This document shows, in pieces, positions 1 to 6,160 of a DNA stretch of 6,160 nt; the stretch's first letter is position 1; each line of letters starts with the position of its first letter. The notes under the pieces were generated by a model that was not told where the DNA came from, made no database searches, and saw nothing but the letters and a program-made list of their open reading frames with translations. This stretch comes from a virus (lineage: Duplodnaviria > Heunggongvirae > Uroviricota > Caudoviricetes), in IMG/VR virus record IMGVR_UViG_2648501392_000023, positions 1 to 6,160 of that record; one strand, given 5' to 3'. The position numbers and the translations under genes are program-made.

Positions 1-291
1 TTACCGCCGCAGTCGTTCCGGCTTCTTCCACTGGTAAGTATTTTTCGCGCTCTCCCTCCGTTGTTGAGAACGGCGACGGTATGCCAGCAACTCAAGGACT
101 CTGGTTCGTATGTTGCGCATATCCACGCCGTTAAGCTCAATACCGTCACGGCGCATCACCTCAGCCACCACACGCGCGTAATTTTCGGCTATCACGCTGT
201 CCGGCTGTGTAGCCTGTTCGTCAGGCTGCTGACTGATTCCGGTAATGCGGCGAATTATTTTTAGTAGATCAGTTTCAGTCATTCTCGTCAT
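1..291 (-). CDS. hypothetical small protein (96 aa) translationally coupled to the large terminase
   Basis: Complete ORF: ATG at 291..289 overlaps the terL TGA stop (290..288) in an ATGA arrangement; TAA stop at 3..1. No family motif recognised; arginine-rich C-terminus. Confidence 0.5.
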   Translation of the reverse strand: MTRMTETDLLKIIRRITGISQQPDEQATQPDSVIAENYARVVAEVMRRDGIELNGVDMRNIRTRVLELLAYRRRSQQRRESAKNTYQWKKPERLRR

Positions 292-1949
292 ACCCCATCA
301 AACGCCGCAAGTCGCTCTTTGTGGCTGTCGCTCATATCAAATGCAAATTCCTCATGCTCTGCCTGGAATGTGCCAAACGCCATCAGCGCCGCAACGCTCG
401 GGTCTATCTTGTTGGATGATTTTTTCTTGTTCGGCTTGATATTGGCGTTCGCGTCACTCTGCATCACAACATTACTCATTGACCAGGCCAGCACCGGATC
501 ACCACGATGCACAATCACCTTCCGGTTAACAAAAACTTCGAACGATTTCGCCGCCGGACTGAAACGAAGGTATGTTTGCGGGAACGGCTCCACCTCAAAT
601 CCTGCCCCCTGTAGCTGCGTCCTCAGGTGCGTGGCGTTCCATGTATCGAAGCCCACCAGCCTGATATTGAAATTCTCTGCATCCGCCATGATGTCATCAC
701 GGATACGGTCATAATCAATGCAGTCACCAGGTGTTGTGCGTATCCAGCCCGCCTTTACCCACTGGCGATAGATGGCGCGGTTTTTATTGGCGGGGTTCTG
801 TAGCTGAAATTCCGGCAGATAGTGACGGGAAATCAGCATAATCTTTTTACCGACCGGAAAGGCATAGCACACGCTGGAAATATCGCTGGTTGATGATAAG
901 TCCAGCCCCGCGTAGCACTCCTGCCCGTATAAATCCGCCTCCGCGAACGTTCCGGCGCACTCCGCCCATGCACCGTTACCCATCCACGGCGTAGCCCCCT
1001 GACACCAGATATTGAATCGCTTGGTGAGCATTTCCACCCACTGCGACGGAATACCCCGCGCTTTCTGGATGGTTGAGGCCAGTTTTTCACGATCGACGGA
1101 AACATCGATATTTGGATTCGCCTTTATCCACATCGCCGGATCGTCAACCTCGCTTTCATCATCCAGCTCGTAAATCAGAACGAACATGGATTCGTTCATC
1201 TCTTCACCATCCAGTATCTGACAGCAATAGTCATAGTGTTGTTTACAGGCTGAAACAACGTTGCTCCCCGATGTGGTGATGGCAAATAACAGCCCCTCCG
1301 GACGCGCCCCCATCCCCAGCTCAAGTGCGGAATAAACCCCGTTGTCTGGGTGCAGGTGATATTCATCCACAATGGCAAGACTCGGGTTTGTCCCCTCAAT
1401 GGTTGCCGCTTTTGCTGCCAGTGGCTTTAACAGGCTGTTGGTTTTCGGGTGTATCACCTTGTGCGCCTGAATATTTACCCGCTTTCGTAACGGTCGGGAT
1501 AAAAGGCACATCTGACGCGCATCATCAAACACGATCCGCGCCTGATCACGACTCACGGCGGCGGTGTAAATATCCTGCTGCCCGTTTTCCATAACCAGAA
1601 ACCAGTTAGCCAGGATAGCGGCGACCGTGGATTTGGCATTTTTTCGCGGTACTTCAATGAATGCGCTGGTGTATTTGCGCCGTCCGGTGGCCTTAACCTT
1701 AAAGCCCAGGATGCAGGCAAAGGCGAACTGCTGCCACGGCTCCAGTTCAATGGGACTACCGCGCATTGCGCCTTTTACGTGCGGACACACCCGGGAAAAG
1801 GCAATAAACCGCTCCACGACCTCCGGATCGAACGTGTAAAGGGAGTTTTCAAGGTCAGAAAAATACCGTTTAACGGCCTGTTTCAGTCGTTTACAGGCCG
1901 TAATTTTGCCGTTTTTTACGCCTTCTGCGTACTCATGCCAGGCGGTCAA
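288..1949 (-). CDS. terL: terminase large subunit (Terminase_1-like ATPase/nuclease), 553 aa
   Basis: Deviant Walker A (VPRKNAKST), Walker B (LAIVDEYH), C-terminal nuclease-like acidic motifs (GLDLSSTSD, VGFDTW). Most upstream in-frame start is TTG at 1949..1947, preceded by GAGGA; the first internal ATG is about 60 codons in, so a non-ATG start is likely. Overlaps the terS 3' end by 17 nt. Confidence 0.9.
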   Translation of the reverse strand: MTAWHEYAEGVKNGKITACKRLKQAVKRYFSDLENSLYTFDPEVVERFIAFSRVCPHVKGAMRGSPIELEPWQQFAFACILGFKVKATGRRKYTSAFIEVPRKNAKSTVAAILANWFLVMENGQQDIYTAAVSRDQARIVFDDARQMCLLSRPLRKRVNIQAHKVIHPKTNSLLKPLAAKAATIEGTNPSLAIVDEYHLHPDNGVYSALELGMGARPEGLLFAITTSGSNVVSACKQHYDYCCQILDGEEMNESMFVLIYELDDESEVDDPAMWIKANPNIDVSVDREKLASTIQKARGIPSQWVEMLTKRFNIWCQGATPWMGNGAWAECAGTFAEADLYGQECYAGLDLSSTSDISSVCYAFPVGKKIMLISRHYLPEFQLQNPANKNRAIYRQWVKAGWIRTTPGDCIDYDRIRDDIMADAENFNIRLVGFDTWNATHLRTQLQGAGFEVEPFPQTYLRFSPAAKSFEVFVNRKVIVHRGDPVLAWSMSNVVMQSDANANIKPNKKKSSNKIDPSVAALMAFGTFQAEHEEFAFDMSDSHKERLAAFDGV

Positions 1950-2289
1950 GTTCGTCCTCTTCCTCTGTTTCCGGTGGATTTCTGCGACGGCTTACCGGGT
2001 CAAAACCCAGCAAAGAAGCCATTTTGATCATTATTCTTTCTGCGTCAGCCTTTGCGCTCAGTGCGGGGTTTCTGCTCTCGCTGCCCTGACTGTTAACAAT
2101 GCTGAACCCGCGCGTCGCAAGGTCTTCGACGGCTTTGCGGTATATGGAGTAGTTAACACAATACAGTTCCAGATTGCTCCAGTCGGCGGGGGTAAGGTCT
2201 TCCCGCCCGGAAAGCTGGCGCGATTTTTCCTTCCACTGCCTGACCGCGATTTCATCCAGGTAAGCGGGGGCTTTTGGTGGTCTTGCCAT
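1933..2289 (-). CDS. terS: terminase small subunit, P27-family-like, 118 aa
   Basis: ATG at 2289..2287 gives MARPPKAPAYLDE...; the N-terminal RPPK motif and central LELYCVNYSIY segment resemble P27-type small terminases. TGA stop at 1935..1933. Sits immediately upstream of terL. The ORF-track extension to 2430 is not supported. Confidence 0.8.
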   Translation of the reverse strand: MARPPKAPAYLDEIAVRQWKEKSRQLSGREDLTPADWSNLELYCVNYSIYRKAVEDLATRGFSIVNSQGSESRNPALSAKADAERIMIKMASLLGFDPVSRRRNPPETEEEDELDRLA

Positions 2290-2340
2290 GTTCTTTTTTC
2301 GCCCAATTATTTTCAAAAAAATTACCGTGCACAAAAATTT

Positions 2341-2400
2341 GAGGGGGCGGTCGGTGTCCGGCAGGGACGGTTTCGTCCTGAAAACCACCCCCACCCCCTC
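2341..2400. other. GC-rich imperfect palindrome in the HNH-terS intergenic region; candidate cos (cosN-like) site or strong stem-loop
   Basis: GAGGGGG (2341..2347) and CCCCCTC (2394..2400) form an outer inverted repeat around an inner hairpin GGACG-GTTT-CGTCC (2365..2378). It lies about 50 to 100 bp upstream of terS and downstream of HNH, where HK97-type cos sites are found. Confidence 0.3.
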
Positions 2401-2408
2401 TGACGGCC

Positions 2409-2594
2409 TCACCAGCGATTGCGAAAACATTCCATGACCTCGCGGTCACGGTCGGTTAATCGCTTCGCTGTGGTGCGTTTTGTGCGCCCTGTCCTGTTGG
2501 CTTTGTGCTCTGTCTCCTGTGTCTTCCATGTGTCACGCTGCCTTATCAGTCCACGTATCAGCCTGGTTTGCTCCTGTTCAGTCATCATCGCCAT
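2409..2594 (-). CDS. possible small basic protein (58-61 aa) overlapping the HNH stop; may be non-coding
   Basis: Three in-frame ATGs (2594, 2588, 2585) give MAMMTEQEQTRLIRGLIRQRDTWKTQETEHKANRTGRTKRTTAKRLTDRDREVMECFRNRW; the start overlaps the HNH TGA. The region is strongly purine-rich on the coding strand and could instead be packaging-site DNA. Confidence 0.2.
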   Translation of the reverse strand: MAMMTEQEQTRLIRGLIRQRDTWKTQETEHKANRTGRTKRTTAKRLTDRDREVMECFRNRW

Positions 2595-3018
2595 ACATCC
2601 AGTCGTTACGGTGTGCCGCCCGTTCTTCCTGCTCGCGATACATGCCCGCTTTACGGTTTGCTTTCGTGGCTGGATCTTCCCGTGTCGTCTTACGGTTGTG
2701 GCACGTCTGGCACAATGCCTGGTGATTCCACTCAGGCCAGAAGAGAACATCACCGCCGCCATTGATGGGAATGATGTGATCCACCACAAGAGCTGGCGTA
2801 TAAATCCCCTTAGCCAGACAACGCACGCATAACGGGTTTTTGCTCAGGTACAGGGCGCGGTATTTGTCCCACTGTCGGGAATACCCGCGCGCGCGGCGGT
2901 GTCCCCGTCTGGCATCCTCTGCACGCCATGCAGCCCGCCTGTGCTCTTCACACTTGCCGGACTTCACGCGCTTATTACAGCCAGGCTCAGTGCATCGCCT
3001 TAATGGTTGCCACGGCAT
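2578..3018 (-). CDS. HNH endonuclease (terminase-associated), 146 aa
   Basis: N-terminal CxxC...C cysteine pairs plus DHIIPINGGG...NHQALCQTCHNRKT HNH signature. ATG at 3018..3016 overlaps the TGA of the upstream connector gene (ATGA). Directly precedes terS. Confidence 0.85.
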   Translation of the reverse strand: MPWQPLRRCTEPGCNKRVKSGKCEEHRRAAWRAEDARRGHRRARGYSRQWDKYRALYLSKNPLCVRCLAKGIYTPALVVDHIIPINGGGDVLFWPEWNHQALCQTCHNRKTTREDPATKANRKAGMYREQEERAAHRNDWMYGDDD

Positions 3019-3320
3019 CAGTACACCCCTACGTCACGATAAACTGACCAGAGCGCAGAAATAGCCATAGGCAGTTCCGAGTGCTCCACTGGTGAAACCG
3101 CTTCCCGGTTCTCGTACAGGAAAGCGATGTACATCAGGCAACCAACACGCATTGCCGGGGTAAATTCCAGCCCGTCTTCAAAACGTTTCCCGATATGCTT
3201 CTGGCAGGCTTCCAGCGCCGCATCGGTATACATTTTCAGAAGTTCGCCTTCACCGGATAAATCATCATCAAGTCGAAGATGTGCCCTGACTTCATCAGGT
3301 GTAATTCTGGCTTCACTCAT
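3018..3320 (-). CDS. gp6-like head-tail connector protein, about 100 aa
   Basis: ATG at 3320..3318 with upstream AGGGAGAAAAG RBS gives MSEARITPDEVRAHLRLDDD... and a later LYENREAV motif, matching the gp6-like connector family signature. The start overlaps the last codons of the portal gene by 8 nt. The ORF-track extension to 3407 is rejected. Confidence 0.75.
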   Translation of the reverse strand: MSEARITPDEVRAHLRLDDDLSGEGELLKMYTDAALEACQKHIGKRFEDGLEFTPAMRVGCLMYIAFLYENREAVSPVEHSELPMAISALWSVYRDVGVY

Positions 3321-4527
3321 CTTTTCTCCCTTTAATTTCCACAGTCTGTTTCCATGCCTGGCTGAACTCATCACCACCTTCACGCGGCGGCATACCCTCA
3401 CGCTCACGGGCTTCGTTCGGATTCATGATCCCGTTCTTAATCCCTTTCTCATACGTGGCATAACGTTCGGTGGGTGTGGCGCGTAATAAATCGGCTGAAT
3501 CAAACTCAACCAGATAACGGGTACCAGGTACGGGAGAAGCCACCAGCAAAGCGGCCTTGATTTGCTGTTCGAAGTTCGCCAGCCACGGGCGCATTGTCAT
3601 GGTCAGAAACGCGCGGCTTGCCTCGCTGAAATTGCTGTAGGTGCTGTTGCTGTATTCCTGCAGAAAAATAGGCGATACGTTGAACATGCGGGCGATGTCT
3701 TCAATGGAGAAGCGACGGGAGGCCAGCCATTCCGCATCCTGGTTACTCATTCCCAGTTGCCTGTAATCCATGCCCCCTTCAAGGATTGGCGTTTTTCCGG
3801 CATTTTTCGCCCCCTTGTAGCGTTCCAGAGCATCCAATGCCTGTTTACCTTTCACGCCGTCCAGCCATTCGCCTGACGTGATAATCCCTGCCGCCATCAT
3901 GCCATCTTTCATAATGCTGGCTCCGTGGCGCTGTTGAGCAAGGCCAAGCCCAAGTGCCTCACGGCAAATCGTGACGGGGGAGCGCCCCAGAAAGCCATCA
4001 TCCGAGGCATAGCGGAGATGCAGAACTTCTTCCTGTAAATACGTGCGCACCGTTCCTGTATAGGGTTCGGTGATGGTATAGCGGTATTTGTGTGCGCCTG
4101 TGCGTTCCGGTACAACACACCCCGGCGCATAAGGATGAAGTGATTTTGGCTGCCCGTCCTGCCCCCACTCAATAACCGCATAGGCGTTACCGTTCAGCAG
4201 GCAGTGACGCATCATTGTGCGTTTAAACTGGTAAGGTGTCTGGCACGAATTAGGCTGCTCATTCAGCAGAATATCTACCGGGTGACTGTCCAGCCATTCC
4301 CGCGCCTCCCTGCCCTTGTCATTACGTACCAGATACAGATAACACGGCATCGTGGCCACCGCCTCAGCGATGACAGAAACCGCATTCATCACTGCAGGCA
4401 ATGATTCAGCCGTCCCGGCAGAAACATATTCTCCGGATCCGGTATTCGGTACGCCGGACAGCGCCAGAAAATCATCAATGGACAGGTTACGCTGCTCGCT
4501 TTTTTTACGACTAAAAGGCCACCACAT
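3313..4527 (-). CDS. portal protein, HK97 family, 404 aa
   Basis: ATG at 4527..4525 (MWWPFSRKK...), one nt after the protease stop. Conserved portal core: ...NQDAEWLASRRFSIEDIARMFNVSPIFLQEYSNSTYSNFSEASRAFLTMTMRPWL. The ORF-track start at 4617 is a TTG extension overlapping the protease gene. Confidence 0.9.
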   Translation of the reverse strand: MWWPFSRKKSEQRNLSIDDFLALSGVPNTGSGEYVSAGTAESLPAVMNAVSVIAEAVATMPCYLYLVRNDKGREAREWLDSHPVDILLNEQPNSCQTPYQFKRTMMRHCLLNGNAYAVIEWGQDGQPKSLHPYAPGCVVPERTGAHKYRYTITEPYTGTVRTYLQEEVLHLRYASDDGFLGRSPVTICREALGLGLAQQRHGASIMKDGMMAAGIITSGEWLDGVKGKQALDALERYKGAKNAGKTPILEGGMDYRQLGMSNQDAEWLASRRFSIEDIARMFNVSPIFLQEYSNSTYSNFSEASRAFLTMTMRPWLANFEQQIKAALLVASPVPGTRYLVEFDSADLLRATPTERYATYEKGIKNGIMNPNEAREREGMPPREGGDEFSQAWKQTVEIKGRKDE

Positions 4528-4528
4528 A

Positions 4529-5089
4529 TCACAACCCCGCCAGCTCAGACCAGCGATGACGATTATTTCCTGTCGGGCATAATTCAGGGTGCTGTGCAAA
4601 CAACGAACGGTGGGCAATCTCCACGCCAGATTCTGGATAAGCAGGCATCGACGTTATTGTGATTTCACGGAGTTCAGCGGCGGTTACGGTACGCAAATAC
4701 GGTTTTTGCGCGATACTCCACTCCTCGCATAATGCGCGAAAACCAAAGCTCATTCCTGTAATGTCGCCACGCTCCACCAGCGTAAGCACATCTTTTCCAA
4801 GCTGGGTATCCGGCGGTGTCAGTTCAAAACGTAACCCGGTGTTATCCTCAGTCAGTACCAGAGTGCCGGATTTGGTGCGCCCCAGCAGTTGGGTATAGTC
4901 ATGCTCATACAGGCAGCGCACATCATTACCCGCCGCCAGATAGTCAGCAAAAGCCCCCGGCGTGAACTGTTCGCGGAATTCGTCCCAGATAATTTCTGAA
5001 AGGCTGTTCCAGCGAACGGCATACCCCACCAGCTTTTTATTGCTGGCGGTCAGTTCAGATGTGCGGATTTCAAAATCGGTGTTTTTCAT
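4529..5089 (-). CDS. prohead maturation protease, HK97 family (S78-like), 186 aa
   Basis: ATG at 5089..5087 with GGAG 7 nt upstream. VGYAVRWNS...PGAF, a His-containing LYEHD segment and the GMSFGF serine motif are typical of HK97 prohead proteases. Confidence 0.85.
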   Translation of the reverse strand: MKNTDFEIRTSELTASNKKLVGYAVRWNSLSEIIWDEFREQFTPGAFADYLAAGNDVRCLYEHDYTQLLGRTKSGTLVLTEDNTGLRFELTPPDTQLGKDVLTLVERGDITGMSFGFRALCEEWSIAQKPYLRTVTAAELREITITSMPAYPESGVEIAHRSLFAQHPELCPTGNNRHRWSELAGL

Positions 5090-5100
5090 CGGTGTACTCC

Positions 5101-5131
5101 ATAAAGCTGAAAAAGGAGGCCGCAGCCTCCT
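5101..5131 (-). terminator. candidate intrinsic terminator/attenuator between the capsid and protease genes
   Basis: On the minus-strand RNA: AGGAGGC-UGCG-GCCUCCU (7-bp GC-rich stem, 4-nt loop) followed by UUUUCAGCUUU, starting about 12 nt after the capsid TAG stop. Confidence 0.3.
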
Positions 5132-5143
5132 CCTTACTCATGA

Positions 5144-6061
5144 CTAGCCAGCTTTCATTTCCAGAATTTTGATGGCGTTTGAATCCACCACACCACCGCC
5201 CAGATATTTATCCGTGTGGACCTTGTAGAATCCGGGTTCAGTAATGTTGTCCGGTCGGGTGCGAATCCCTGTTACATGATCAACGATGAAATAACCACGA
5301 CTGAAATCGCCAACCGCTAGCGGTGCTTTTCCTGCGCCGATGTCCGGCATGGACTCCAGGCAGTAAACAGGACGACCAAGCAACATATCCGGCGCACCTT
5401 CTTTAAGGCTGTCGCGCCAGATATAATCGCCGTTCTCATTTTTCAGCTTCTGTAGTGTCCCTGCCGTGCCCGAGTTCATCACCCAGACGGCATTTTTGCG
5501 GTATTTCGCTTTCAGCTTGTAGAGAATGTCGATCAGTTCGTCCGCTGTAATGGCGGTTCCACTTGCCGCTACCATTTTTTCAATGGTGCCAAAAGCGCGG
5601 GTTTTGTCACTGGTCGCCGCACGGGTGTAAGCCATGAAGCCTTTCGGCTTGCCGTTACCGTTGCCATTAACAAAATCATCCTCTTCGGTGCTGGCGAACG
5701 TGTCGGCAATTTCGGAGGATAACCAGCCCAGAATATCCACCTCTGAAAAATCTAGGATTTCCTGCGTGGTTTTCGGGTAGGCGTAGATCGGGTTCAGCTT
5801 GATGGTTACGCGTTCAATTTTCGGGGTGTTGGTTTCACTGCGTGCGCTGCCTTCTGTGCCTCGTCCTACAGTTGCGCCGCCAGTGGAAACCAGTTTCTGA
5901 AACTCATTTGATTTTGCAGTCTTCACGGTCGCGATCACGCGCATAACACTGTCATCCTGTAGCTGGCGCATGACTTCGCGATCAAGCTCAGGAATTACGG
6001 TATATCCGCCATCCCTGCCGCTGTCAGTGCTGGTGGACAGAGATCGCACATCTCCGGTTAC
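5144..6061 (-). pseudogene. major capsid protein, HK97 fold; 5' end interrupted by an IS insertion (about 305 codons retained)
   Basis: Conserved capsid-domain segments: GGYTVIPELDREVMRQLQDDSVMRVIATVKT near the N-terminus of the retained part and LLGRPVY...GDFSRGYFIVDHVTGIRTRP...YLGGGVVDSNAIKIL at the C-terminus. TAG stop at 5146..5144. The frame runs without an ATG into the IS terminal repeat at 6062; the first 31 residues of ORF-track 5144..6154 are IS-derived. Confidence 0.75.
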
Positions 6062-6160
6062 TGAACCGCCCCGGGAATCCTGGAGACTAAACTTCCTGAG
6101 AAAGAGGTAAACAGGATGACTAAAAATACTCGTTTTTCCCCTGAAGTCCGTCAACGGGCA
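6062..6160 (+). mobile_element. IS3-family insertion sequence (IS629/IS1203-like), left terminal inverted repeat and start of orfA; continues beyond the window
   Basis: Terminus starts TGAACCGCCCCGGGAATCCTGGAGAC (typical IS3-family TG... end), followed by AAGAGG RBS and orfA ATG. Family assignment is from recalled IS629-type sequence, not a search. Confidence 0.75.
6116..6160 (+). CDS. IS3-family transposase OrfA, N-terminal 15 codons (partial, runs off the window)
   Basis: ATG at 6116 translates to MTKNTRFSPEVRQRA, matching the recalled N-terminus of IS629/IS1203-type OrfA; RBS AAGAGG 7 nt upstream. Confidence 0.75.
   Translation, partial: MTKNTRFSPEVRQRA

Noticed and set aside
1-291. Identification of the 96-aa protein as lambda gpW-like head-tail joining protein
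   Set aside because: Only positional analogy (the gene after terL) and a shared MTR start; no convincing sequence resemblance.
319-714. Plus-strand 131-aa ORF
   Set aside because: Lies antisense within terL, Cys/Ser-rich low-complexity translation, no RBS context; shadow ORF.
1906-2403. Plus-strand 165-aa ORF
   Set aside because: Antisense to terS and the intergenic palindrome; no recognisable motif; shadow ORF.
1933-2430. 165-aa extended form of terS
   Set aside because: The extension starts at a non-ATG codon, runs through the GC-rich palindrome and lacks terS-like sequence; the ATG at 2289 gives the characteristic MARPPK N-terminus.
2419-2832. Plus-strand 137-aa Cys-rich hydrophobic ORF
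   Set aside because: Antisense to HNH and the purine-skewed region; the composition is an artefact of the pyrimidine-rich plus strand.
3018-3407. 129-aa extended form of the connector protein
   Set aside because: The extension overlaps the portal C-terminus; the ATG at 3320 has a good RBS and yields the family-typical N-terminus.
3562-3876. Plus-strand 104-aa ORF and other ORFs nested in the portal region (e.g. 3909..4181 minus, 3127..3486 plus)
   Set aside because: All sit inside the well-supported portal or connector genes in other frames, with no independent support.
3313-4617. 434-aa extended portal starting at 4617
   Set aside because: The start at 4617 is TTG and would overlap the protease gene by 90 nt; the ATG at 4527 lies 1 nt after the protease stop and gives a typical portal length.
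5144-6154. ORF-track 336-aa protein read as an intact capsid gene starting at 6154
   Set aside because: Its first 31 codons are the reverse complement of the IS terminal repeat and orfA leader (6062..6154); the apparent start is an artefact of the frame staying open into the IS.
1-6160. CRISPR arrays, tRNA/rRNA genes, integrase or att sites
   Set aside because: No regularly spaced direct repeats, no tRNA-like cloverleaf candidates and no recombinase-like ORF were seen in this window.

Overview
This window is a compact head-morphogenesis and DNA-packaging gene block of an HK97-type tailed-phage-like element in an enterobacterial-looking (E. coli/Shigella-like) background. All calls rest on reading the translated ORFs for family motifs; no database search was run. 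Every real gene is on the minus strand. In transcription order (high to low coordinates) they are: major capsid protein (5' end cut off by an insertion sequence), prohead protease, portal, gp6-like head-tail connector, HNH endonuclease, a roughly 290-bp region with a GC-rich palindrome (candidate cos site), P27-family small terminase, large terminase, and a 96-aa unknown protein. Gene junctions are tight (ATGA overlaps or gaps of 1 to 8 nt). At the right edge (6062 onward) the left end of an IS3-family element (IS629/IS1203-like) begins on the plus strand and abuts the capsid reading frame. The most notable feature is the gene order: capsid, protease and portal come before HNH-terS-terL, the reverse of the canonical terS-terL-portal-protease-capsid layout. 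That, plus the absence of any tail or lysis gene here, fits a capsid-forming phage satellite or an unusual phage lineage; this is inference only. Several ORF-track starts are non-ATG 5' extensions and have been trimmed to internal ATGs.
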